Shown piece after piece: positions 52,717-64,000 of a DNA stretch of 64,000 nt (positions are counted from its first letter, which is position 1; each line of letters begins with the position of its first letter). A model generated the notes under the pieces. That model was given only the letters and a program-made list of their open reading frames with translations, was not told where the DNA came from and did no database searches. Both the position numbers and the translations under genes were made by a program. Source of the DNA: Octopus bimaculoides (Eukaryota); NCBI RefSeq assembly GCF_001194135.2, contig NC_068999.1, positions 9,416,089 through 9,480,088 of the forward strand. The letters run 5' to 3'.

Positions 52717-53404
52717 TTACATACACATGTATACATCTATACATATATATATATAATATATACATACAATCTGGGCACAAACATATATCCACTTATATCT
52801 ATATAGGTTTCTATATACATATAGATAAAATGAAATGCATACACACACAAACACAAAGCACACACACACACACGAACAGATGCACACATGCACATACACA
52901 CACACACACACACAAACACATATATATATATATATGTCCCTATCGCTATCTTGGGAGATAAAGTAAATAGTACAGATGTAGAACACCTGAGGCCCGTGTC
53001 ATTTCTGTTCTTTTTAATATATATATGGCTTCACTCATTAATCTAATTGATAAGATGATCAGTGGGCGAAAGAAACACACAACATTAACGCGTTGTTCAC
53101 TTGGCAGGCAGCCTGTCATGTTGCTATCCGGCTGTTGATGATACCTCTACGTTTCAGGTAAGATACCTTACTTTCTTTGACAGTAATGTGTCAAAATATG
53201 TTTTTAATCAATTTCAGTTGATTTGGTAGATATATCAATGTGTCGGGCGGGACAGCTTTAAATAAAGTCCTTCCGTACTTTCATATATACTAATTATCAA
53301 ACATATATTTAAGTTCATAATTTGCCCTCATTTATCAGTTGCCTAGGTTAGGATTGCGCCAGAATATGACAGATGCTACGGTAGATGAAAAGCTTCAGAT
53401 ACAT

Positions 53405-53560
53405 GTTATATCTTTTATTGATTCAGTTGTTTCAGTTATCAGACTGCGGCCATCCTGGAGCAAATCTTTGAAGTGTTCAGTCGAACGATTCTAGCACAGT
53501 ATTTAATTACGTTTTAAAGTATGGTACTTAAATATCGGCTTCTGACAAACTTTCAGTTTA
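53405..53560 (-). mobile_element. SINE family 3, 3' half
   Basis: GACTGCGGCCATCCTGGAGC..GGTACTTAAATATCGG. Its reverse complement overlaps the GACCGATAGAATAA end of the 37055 copy. The rest is assigned from memory. Confidence 0.55.
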
Positions 53561-54131
53561 CAGGAGGTTAAAAATCTCAATGTATGCCTGTATATATATA
53601 TATATATATATATNNNNNNNNNNNNNNNNNNNNNNNNNNNNNNNNNNNNNNNNNNNNNNNNNNNNNNNNNNNNNNNNNNNNNNNNNNNNNNNNNNNNNNN
53701 NNNNNNNNNNNNNNNNNNNNNNNNNNNNNNNNNNNNNNNNNNNNNNNNNNNNNNNNNNNNNNNNNNNNNNNNNNNNNNNNNNNNNNNNNNNNNNNNNNNN
53801 NNNNNNNNNNNNNNNNNNNNNNNNNNNNNNNNNNNNNNNNNNNNNNNNNNNNNNNNNNNNNNNNNNNNNNNNNNNNNNNNNNNNNNNNNNNNNNNNNNNN
53901 NNNNNNNNNNNNNNNNNNNNNNNNNNNNNNNNNNNNNNNNNNNNNNNNNNNNNNNNNNNNNNNNNNNNNNNNNNNNNNNNNNNNNNNNNNNNNNNNNNNN
54001 NNNNNNNNNNNNNNNNNNNNNNNNNNNNNNNNNNNNNNNNNNNNNNNNNNNNNNNNNNNNNNNNNNNNNNNNNNNNNNNNNNTATATATATATATATATT
54101 CATATATATCTATATCTATATATACATATGC

Positions 54132-54167
<36 letters not shown>

Positions 54168-54764
54168 ATATTGTGAAAACAGATTTAGCGGTTATAATAA
54201 CCGACTAAGGGATAAAATATCCGTATATATTATCGGTATCCATTACCCGTGTTATCCTCGCGCAATGGTGTGCAGGCACACCATACATATAGAGTGCAGG
54301 TATCAACAGGATAAACTAGAAATAATGTTAACGACGATGATTGATGCTATGTATGTGAGTGAACGAAACTTGGGGTTTATACTGATGGCGTAGAATGGAC
54401 TAAAAGTTTCTTGGAGGCTGTGTTCAGTGTTGACATCAACAACAAAAATAAAACGTAGTTGGCCAAGTGTTCGCTCCAGGGCTGGTGTGTAGCAGAACGA
54501 TATTGCTTCGTTTTAACATAGCAAATGACATCTGGACTCATCTATTGGTAACCTCGTCTGCGACTCGGAAAACCTGAAGTCAACGACTAAAAGAACGAAA
54601 TGTGAAACGTTAAACGTAAAACACAAGAGCAGCGGCAACACCAGTTTTGGAACAAAATTATTGCTTCCCCGAGGAAATGCGAAGACAGTTGTTGGAGACA
54701 GTCTACGTGGAACTGACAGAATCATTTACCAAAGATGATGAGGCAAAGAATGCAGTCGCTGCTT

Positions 54765-54779
54765 ATGATGATGATGATA

Positions 54780-54813
<34 letters not shown>

Positions 54814-55284
54814 CGGAGTTGATGAAGAGGATAATGCTGATAGTGATGAGCATGATGATCATAACGATGAAGATGACGACGGCGATGACAATGATGACGT
54901 CATCGAAGACAACGATGACAGTACAGAGACAACGACTATAGTGTAGATAATTATAATGGTGGTGGTGGTGGTGGTGGTGATGATGATGATGGTGGTGGCT
55001 GTGGTGGTGGTGGTGGTGGTGGTGGTGAGGATGATGATGATGGTGGTGGCGGTGGTGGTGGTTGTGGTGGTGGTGGTGGTGGTGGTGGTGGTGGTAGCAG
55101 CACCGGTGATGATGGTGGTGGTGATGGTTATCAGGCTCATTATCATGATAGAAGTGTGGATGGTATAGTTGAGGGTGTGGTGTTGGCGCTGTTAACACTG
55201 CTGCCGTGCCTCGACTGCTGCTTTAGATGATGATGATGATGATGATGATGATGATAAAGATGCAGCTGCTGCTGCTGCTGCTGA

Positions 55285-55315
<31 letters not shown>

Positions 55316-55690
55316 GATGATGACGGCGACGACGAAAAGGACGACATCTTCGGTCGAAGCTGTTGCTACTGACGACGATGATGACGATGATGCCGATAAT
55401 AGTGACGATGACGTTAATGCTAAACACAACGACGAGAACGATGTGGTGGTGTCGGTAGTGGCTCGTAGTGGTCGCAATGGCGACGGTGGCGGTGGCGGTT
55501 GTGGTGGTGAAGACGGGACCGATTTTTGTTTCTCTTTTTTTCTTTCTTTGTTATTTTTCAAGTGTACAATGGCGACAGTGATGGAGTCCTTCCTGCAGAG
55601 TTTGTCTTGAAATTGTTGTTGCTGTTGGTGATGGTGATGGTTCTCATGGTGGTGGAGGTTGTGGTGGTGATGGTGGTGGTGGCGATGGGG
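54765..55690. repeat. Mosaic (GAT/GAC/GGT/GCT)n low-complexity tract
   Basis: Direct reading. Confidence 0.9.
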
Positions 55691-55789
55691 GTAGCGGAGC
55701 GAAGATGCTTGCAGGCGCGAATCTTACTGGCGTTACTACTGTTTGCTATACTAGCAATGGACGACCAGGTTGTGTTTCGTGGCGTGTGG

Positions 55790-55938
55790 TGACGTCGACG
55801 GAGATATATGTTTGTTCGCCCGAGTACGAATGACAAGGCGAGTTTGTTTACCTACCACGTGTAAAGATAATGCGTGGGTGACGTCATGATGGCACTGATC
55901 AAATTTAGAGCGTCGAATCGTTCCGTTGAACGGAAGTG
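55790..55938. promoter_or_regulatory. CpG-rich cluster of candidate transcription-factor sites
   Basis: TGACGTC 55790, TGTTTAC 55845, CACGTG 55856, AGATAA 55865, GCGTGGGTG 55872, TGACGTCA 55879, CGGAAGTG 55931. Confidence 0.4.
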
Positions 55939-56153
55939 GCAGACATTTTAAGACACACATACAGCAATGGTCTCGAAATTAGATTGCAAGCTCAAAAATT
56001 GTTCGCGGCTCCATATACTCCTACACTGTTTCTCTCTGTTCCTATCTATTTATATGTATCTTTATATCCCAAATTTTCTTTCTTTATTCAATTGGCTTCT
56101 TTTTCCTTCCTTTCTTTCTCATAAACTTGTTTATTCTATCTTACACTATATAA

Positions 56154-56246
<93 letters not shown>

Positions 56247-56909
56247 TATATATGTATGTATGTGTGTATGAATTTCTACGCATATAAATATATATATATG
56301 TACATATATATATATACACATATATAAATTCATATAATAATATAATATACGTATATATACATATCTACCTATAAACATAGAAATACATTAATACACACAT
56401 ACATTTAAATATATATATATTTATATATACACACGCATATATATACATACATACATACATACATACAATTATATATATATATATATATATATATNNNNNN
56501 NNNNNNNNNNNNNNNNNNNNNNNNNNNNNNNNNNNNNNNNNNNNNNNNNNNNNNNNNNNNNNNNNNNNNNNNNNNNNNNNNNNNNNNNNNNNNNNNNNNN
56601 NNNNNNNNNNNNNNNNNNNNNNNNNNNNNNNNNNNNNNNNNNNNNNNNNNNNNNNNNNNNNNNNNNNNNNNNNNNNNNNNNNNNNNNNNNNNNNNNNNNN
56701 NNNNNNNNNNNNNNNNNNNNNNNNNNNNNNNNNNNNNNNNNNNNNNNNNNNNNNNNNNNNNNNNNNNNNNNNNNNNNNNNNNNNNNNNNNNNNNNNNNNN
56801 NNNNNNNNNNNNNNNNNNNNNNNNNNNNNNNNNNNNNNNNNNNNNNNNNNNNNNNNNNNNNNNNNNNNNNNNNNNNNNNNNNNNNNNNNNNNNNNNNNNN
56901 NNNNNNNNN

Positions 56910-56940
<31 letters not shown>

Positions 56941-57489
56941 TAAACATTTATATCTATCTATCTATCTATCTATCTATCTAAAGATCTTACTATGTATATA
57001 TATCTTCATACAAACACATCATCAGAAGGGCAGAAACGCCCTTCTCCCTACTTTCTGTTGACCAAACAATATGTTGTCCGTTCATTCGCAAATATTTGAT
57101 CAATGTTAAGTTTTAATTTGTTGTCAAAATTAATTTCTTTTCATATGTTTGGCTTGCTTTAAATTGTTTTACACTCACTTCCTCCATTACTCTACTCTCC
57201 TGCCCTCTTCTCATTAATTTCTCTCCTTCGCTTTCACTTTCTTCATTTCCGTCGTTTTATTTATTCATCTCATTCATTACTCTCTCTTTCCTCTCATTCA
57301 GTCCCACCCACTCATTCCATTCATTCTTCATTTATTCATAGATTTTACTAGCTATTTCCTCTGTCATCAGTCTGGATCCCTGTTTCTCACATTTCCATCG
57401 CTCCATCTCTCACTCTTTCCAGTCCTTTCCAAAACTCTCACGCCTTGCTCCCAATATCTACGTGAGTGTTTGTATTTTCATGTTTCTCG

Positions 57490-57523
<34 letters not shown>

Positions 57524-58236
57524 TAGTCGGTCTTTCTCTCTGCCAAGCTGTCAGTAAGTCTGTCTGAGTTTGTTTCATCTCTTTCTATTTCACTTTCTTA
57601 CTTTCTTACTTTCTATCTGTCTATGCTTGAAATCTCTCTCTCTCTCTCTCTCTCAGTATATATATATATATATATATATATATNNNNNNNNNNNNNNNNN
57701 NNNNNNNNNNNNNNNNNNNNNNNNNNNNNNNNNNNNNNNNNNNNNNNNNNNNNNNNNNNNNNNNNNNNNNNNNNNNNNNNNNNNNNNNNNNNNNNNNNNN
57801 NNNNNNNNNNNNNNNNNNNNNNNNNNNNNNNNNNNNNNNNNNNNNNNNNNNNNNNNNNNNNNNNNNNNNNNNNNNNNNNNNNNNNNNNNNNNNNNNNNNN
57901 NNNNNNNNNNNNNNNNNNNNNNNNNNNNNNNNNNNNNNNNNNNNNNNNNNNNNNNNNNNNNNNNNNNNNNNNNNNNNNNNNNNNNNNNNNNNNNNNNNNN
58001 NNNNNNNNNNNNNNNNNNNNNNNNNNNNNNNNNNNNNNNNNNNNNNNNNNNNNNNNNNNNNNNNNNNNNNNNNNNNNNNNNNNNNNNNNNNNNNNNNNNN
58101 NNNNNNNNNNNNNNNNNNNNNNNNNNNNNNNNNNNNNNNNNNNNNNNNNNNNNNNNNNNNNNNNNNNNNNNNNNNNNNNNNNNNNNNNNNNNNNNNNNNN
58201 NNNNNNNNNNNNNNNNNNNNNNNNNNNNNNNNNNNN

Positions 58237-58270
<34 letters not shown>

Positions 58271-58274
<4 letters not shown>

Positions 58275-58500
58275 TCATCATCATCTTCATCATGACTGTT
58301 GCAGGCAGTGGCTGGCGGGAGGTGGGGGCTCTAGGTGCTCTCACAGTCAGCTGTTCCCACTAGTCTTTCTGCTGTCAAGCGTTCCAGGTTCGCAGTATTG
58401 TGACCTGTCCAATCCTTGACGTTGTCAAACCAGATTTTTTCCTCTCTCTACCTTTCTTATGCCATCCCTCAAATATGCCTTGAAGAAAGGACACGAAGTT
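58271..58500 (-). mobile_element. RTE-clade LINE 3' end with (GAT)n tail
   Basis: Minus strand translates LQGIFEGWHKKGRERKK/WFDNVKDWTG..A.ER/WEQLTVRAP, matching the RTE C-terminal pattern LQG-x-EG-x-R-x-RGR..W-x-DN-x-K-x-WTG. Ends in GATGAAGATGATGATGATG. Confidence 0.8.
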
Positions 58501-59193
58501 GTGGCGAGATATGTAAATGTAACATGCAAGCTATCGCCTGTGTACCTGTATGTATACAGCAGCAAACACACTCACATCATACACAAACACTTAGAAACAC
58601 ACACATATAGACATCTATACACACACAGATACATACACACATGCACCCACGAATGCACGCACACGCACGCATACACACGTGCAAACACGCACACACACGT
58701 GCAAGCACACACACACGCGTGCAAACACACACGCACGTAGGCACTCTTGCCGCTTCACATATACACGATCACACAGATGCATGCACTTACGCACACACAT
58801 GCGCCCACGCATGCACAAGTCTTACCGTTATATGCATAATCGAATCGTGAAAAATTGTTTCGCAAAGATAAGTTTCTTGGTTCGCTTCTATTGCACAGCA
58901 TCTTGAGACAACGATTTAAATTTCTCAATGAATTTATCTAGTTAGAAGACAATCGAATAACTTGCACCAGTAACTCAAATATCCTGTTTAATCACATGTT
59001 GCATGTATGTTTAAAGTGTATATGTTTGTGGGATACTCAAACACTTCGAATCCTAATTCATTGGAGAATCAAACAAATGGGTGGCTTTCCATTGAAATGC
59101 ACAGGGACACCATAGATAAATACACATGCATACATATACAATATATAATATATTATAGTAAATAAAATATAATGTAATACTATATAATATAAT

Positions 59194-59251
<58 letters not shown>

Positions 59252-60554
59252 NNNNNNNNNNNNNNNNNNNNNNNNNNNNNNNNNNNNNNNNNNNNNNNNN
59301 NNNNNNNNNNNNNNNNNNNNNNNNNNNNNNNNNNNNNNNNNNNNNNNNNNNNNNNNNNNNNNNNNNNNNNNNNNNNNNNNNNNNNNNNNNNNNNNNNNNN
59401 NNNNNNNNNNNNNNNNNNNNNNNNNNNNNNNNNNNNNNNNNNNNNNNNNNNNNNNNNNNNNNNNNNNNNNNNNNNNNNNNNNNNNNNNNNNNNNNNNNNN
59501 NNNNNNNNNNNNNNNNNNNNNNNNNNNNNNNNNNNNNNNNNNNNNNNNNNNNNNNNNNNNNNNNNNNNNNNNNNNNNNNNNNNNNNNNNNNNNNNNNNNN
59601 NNNNNNNNNNNNNNNNNNNNNNNNNNNNNNNNNNNNNNNNNNNNNNNNNNNNNNNNNNNNNNNNNNNNNNNNNNNNNNNNNNNNNNNNCACATATATACA
59701 TATATCTATATACATATTTATACATATATTTATGTATATATATGTATATATATATGTGTATGTGTGTGTATATTTATATAATGTAATATGATATAATATA
59801 TGTAAACATATATATATATATATATATAAATATACATATATACAAACTTATATATATATATATGTATATATAGCTATATGTATTTGTATATATGTAATAT
59901 GCATATGTATGTATGCATATATGCATGCATAAATACATACATAATCACACACACAATGGACTCATAGATATATGCGTGTATATGTATACCTTTATCCTAG
60001 TGTAACGTAAAATAATTCTCTTTCTGATAATACACACCAGCCGACATGCCTTACTTAATTATTTAAAGATTTATACTCATATACTAATATACATTAGTAT
60101 ATGAGTATTTCATTCATTCTTTTCTATCCAATCCATTTTCGGTTTCACCGTTTCCTATATTTATCCATGTTACACCTTCCTTTAGAAACATCCATCTATT
60201 TTACCTCTCCTTCTTCGCCTAACAATCTATGCCTCCCACTCCTACAGTTTTATCATTTCAATATGTTTTTATCCGCCATTTTCCTTTATTCCTTTGCTCC
60301 ACTCAGTCACTCACTCCCATACAAACTCTGTCCTTCTCTCTTCATTCTCCCACTAACACTTATAATAAATCTCTTCATCATCCTCTATCTAAGCTTCTAT
60401 TTCTCTCTCTGTCTGTCACCAACTCTGTTTTCTTTATCCAATAAGGGTTTTATTAATAGTTCCCTTTGCGTATGCCTTATGTCGTCTCCTTATTTTATTT
60501 CCCATCTGCTCATGGGACATTTGTTTGTTATTTCATTAAGGATCTCTTATTGCT

Positions 60555-60572
60555 GCTGTTTTATTATTATTA

Positions 60573-60618
<46 letters not shown>

Positions 60619-60630
60619 TGTTGTTGTTAT
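60555..60630. repeat. (ATT)n microsatellite
   Basis: Direct reading. Confidence 0.95.
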
Positions 60631-61593
60631 CCTCATTTTGTCTTTTAGATATTGTTGACCTTCACACGTTTACCGTTCTAATGTACATAGTGTAACAATA
60701 TTTTTTTTAATTACACAATTACATGCTTTTAAACAAATAGCGGGTGAGGAAGTGAGATGACGCTACGTTGATGAGGATGGTGGCGCGGCTACGCTGAAAT
60801 GCACACATCAACTGAGAGATGGACATACAAACAGACAGATAGACGGGCACACTCATACGAAGACAAACATAGTGACAAGCGTTTTAACGAATATTGACTA
60901 ATAAACGTAGAAGAGAGGTAACTTGACTGTGTTTAAGCAATGCAACATAACCGAACTGGAAAATAAATTTTCTATCGGACACACCTCTTTTATTTTCACC
61001 CCTGGGAGACAGCCAAAGAAAGGGAGAAAAAGAAAGACAAAGAAAGAATAAATGAGATGGAAAGAGAGAAAAGGATATCAAGAGAGAGACAAACATTCAA
61101 TAATAGAAATAAAATGATGTTTGCTTATTTGTGTGTCTATGTGTTTGTGTTATCTTTCTAGATTGTAAGTTTAGACATTCAATAAATTGTCATTAAGAGA
61201 CTGCTGTAGGCGACAGTCCGAGAGTCCACTCTGGAAGCTAAGGAAAGTGAAAGTAGAAATCTGAACGTCGTGTTTATCATATCGTCTCCTGTTTATTTTC
61301 CACCATCTATGTGTCTCCAATAACTGAAAGGAATTGTCTTGCTTCACACTATGTTTGTATGTATGTATGAATGCATGCATGCAAACATGCATACATGCAT
61401 ATATGTATGTATGCATGCATGCCTATACGTATTATATACGTGTCTATATATGTATATATGCACGTATGCATCCATGTATGCATATATATATATGTATATT
61501 TATGTATGTATGCATTATGTATGTATGTATGTGTGTGTGTGTATGGCTGCATGGATGCTTGCACGTATGCTTGTTTATATTTATATACACATG

Positions 61594-61703
61594 AAGGCGC
61601 ATAGCCTAGTTTTCATAGTGCTGCACTCACGATCGCAAGATCGTGTGTTCGATTCCCTGACTGGGAGGCGTGCTGTGTTCTTGAGCAAAACACTTCATTT
61701 GAT
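61594..61703 (+). mobile_element. SINE family 2, head and CORE-like domain
   Basis: AAGGCGCATAGCCTAGT..CACGATCGCAAGATCGTGTGTTCGATTCCC..GTGTTCTTGAGCAAAACACTTCATTT. Confidence 0.85.
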
Positions 61704-62303
61704 CAATAAGTGAGGTAAAAGTTGTGCTAAAAATAAAATAGAAAAAAATAAAATGAAGAAAAAAACTATAACGGGGAAATCCGAAAATGCACGCGGAAAA
61801 CATTTGAAAAACATAGTCTTCGAGGAAGATATGCCCATAAATATCTACTGTGTAATGTAGAAGAGGGTGTTGCTTACGTTGCTACACCTTACATAGCGGA
61901 TTCCTCGCTTGAGTATGGATGGAAGCCAAAATGGTTAAAGTGTTCCCATACATTTACGGTCTTTGTTACTAGCTATGTAATCCTTTTTGTACGACGCAGT
62001 GTATTTTACAATTAGGCTCTTGCAGAGAATTACGAAATGGTAATTGTTTCTAACGCAAACACAATTGTTGCAGTTTGTGGTGAGGAAAACAAAAGTGTTA
62101 ATCAAACCTAGTTCTTGAATTGCGCTGAAAGGCACAATAGTGTCCGCAGTGAAAATTGAAATGGTAACGTAAGTAATGCCCGATAAAATATTCTATCCGA
62201 CACTCAAACTATTCTACTTAAAGATAAAATGTACATTAGAAACAAGGGAAGAATTTTAGTTGATTTGATAGGCTCGAGCAATTTGCTAGTACTATTTTTG
62301 TTA

Positions 62304-63072
62304 ACGCGAGCTAGCACAATCGTTAGCACACTGGGTGAAATGCTTAGCGGTATTACGTCTGCCATTACGCTCTGAGTTCAAATCCCGCCGTCGTCGACTT
62401 TTCCTTTCATCCTTTCGGGGTCGATTAAATAAGTACCAGTTACGCTCTAGAGTCGATGTAATCGACTTAATCCTTTTGTTTGGCCTTGTCTGTTCTCTCT
62501 ATGTTTAGCCCCCTGTGGCCAATAAAGAAACATATATTTTATTAACGGCGAACAGATGGAATAAAAAAAAAACTTATTAACGGCTGCAATTACATTATGG
62601 ACATAAAGAAATGGAGCTGGCAGAATCTTTAAAATGCCGGGCAAAATGCTTAACGGCATTTCGCCTGTCTTTGATCTCTGAACTCAAAATCTTCGGAGTT
62701 CGACTCTGCATTTAATCCTTCCGAAAGTTGAAAAAAATAAGTACCAATCAAGCAGTGGTATCGATGTAGTCAACTTAACAACACCACTGAAATTGCTGTG
62801 CTTGTGCCAAATTTATGCAGGTACAATCTTAAGCACGTCTTTACGGTCTGAGTTCAAATTCTTCCCCAGGTCGACTTTGCATTTCCTCCTTTCTGAGTCG
62901 ATAAAATAAGTACCCGTCAAGCACTGGTTTCGATGCAACCGACTTACCCAGCCATTGCAATTGGTGATCTTGTGCCAATTTTTGAAGGTGATGAGTTGGG
63001 TCCTTAAAATAAGCACCAGTTGAGCACTGAGGTAGATGTAATCCTGCGAAACTACTGGCCTTGTGACAACAT
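62304..63072 (+). mobile_element. Four head-to-tail SINE family 1 copies (about 62304-62532, 62610-62815, 62832-62987, 62988-63072)
   Basis: Four successive AAATAAG(T/C)ACC cores each followed by a 3' tail. B boxes are present in the first three. Confidence 0.88.
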
Positions 63073-64000
63073 TTCTTGATGGTAGAACTGCTTGCACGCC
63101 AACAAAAAATGTTTTGGGGCAGTTTGCTCGTCTCTAGATTCTGAACTTGTCTGTAATCGTTCCGAATGTCTTTTGTGGTTGGTAAAAGTCGACAGGCCTC
63201 TCTCCGCCAAACTTTAAACATTGTGCCTGTTGTGTCGACGCCCCCAAGCGAAGAAGTAGGATCGCCCAAGACATATAAATAGAGGTAGTCTAGCCGTGGT
63301 ACAGAGTTCAGTAGCTGTTGAGTATCCGTCGTGTACCGGTTGAGTAGAGATCATCCGAAGGTGCAAGAGAGCAGTAGCTTGAGACATAACAGTGCCTATA
63401 GTAAAAGCGTTATAGTTATTATTACTATTGTTACTGTTGTTGTTATGTGAGTGTGAGTGTATGTGTGTCTGTGTGTGTGTTTGTGTTGCTGCTTCAGATG
63501 ACGCACTCGGCATAGTTGCTTTAGTTGTTGATGTTGTTATTGTTGTTATTGTTGTTGCTATAACTGTTGTTCTCGTTCTTGTCGCTGCTGTTGCTGTAGT
63601 TGCTAGAACTACCTGCTGGCCGTTGTATACTGGAAATTAACTTTCTGTCATATGGCAACATAATTTATCAACGTATGACATGGTGATGTTTGGAGTTCTC
63701 GTTTTATTTATTTATTTCTTTTTAGTCGTCTTTCTTTTTTATAATTTTATTAGTTTTTTTTCTCCTGTAAAGAGGAATAAAAAAACAGGAGAAGATAAGA
63801 AAGAAGAGAGAGAGGAGAAAGACCAAGCTGTGCCTTCGTGTATCTAGGTTAGATGTTGACAGCTTTATAATTGCATTAGGTACACATTGTTTATTTATTT
63901 TATTTTTCTCGTTTCTTTGATTTATCATCAGTTATCTTACATAAGATTTAATAAATATGTTAGAGTATATATGAATATATATATATATATGTATATATGT

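Noticed and set aside
54647-55610. Acidic poly-D and poly-H/V ORFs resembling low-complexity proteins (also 4688-5097, 18210-18731, 39948-41617)
   Set aside because: Open on both strands and in multiple frames, embedded in trinucleotide mosaics, with no domain or splice context.
57024-57045. 8-bp hairpin AGAAGGGC-AGAAAC-GCCCTTCT next to a minus-strand CTGATGA
   Set aside because: The elements do not assemble into hammerhead topology on either strand, and an isolated 8-bp stem is expected by chance.
63080-63410. GC-richer unique segment with TATAAATAGAGG, possible LTR or exon
   Set aside because: No TG..CA termini, PBS/PPT or second copy, and no recognisable peptide.

Overview
Eukaryotic, AT-rich, draft-quality scaffold with about 24 N-gaps, almost all flanked by (AT)n or other microsatellites. 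It is dominated by simple repeats and short retroposons. The three tRNA-derived SINE families and the microsatellite load look like an octopod cephalopod genome (recognition from memory, not a database result). No intact protein-coding gene is supported: nearly all ORFs in the track are artefacts of stop-free repeats or N-runs. Recognisable coding remnants are a Penelope-like GIY-YIG endonuclease (51031-51400), two R4/Dong-type LINE fragments (25305-26240, 33385-33580) and an RTE LINE 3' end (58271-58500). The main unexpected signal is seven minimal type I hammerhead-ribozyme (HHR) motifs, complete or partial, in three architectures between 21 and 52 kb. The most striking is a unit of tRNA-like Pol III head + (AAT)n + HHR that sits directly behind the Penelope GIY-YIG ORF and recurs, whole or in part, in other contexts. 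This suggests a Penelope-dependent, ribozyme-bearing SINE-like element. Repeat boundaries were read by eye and are approximate unless stated to the base.
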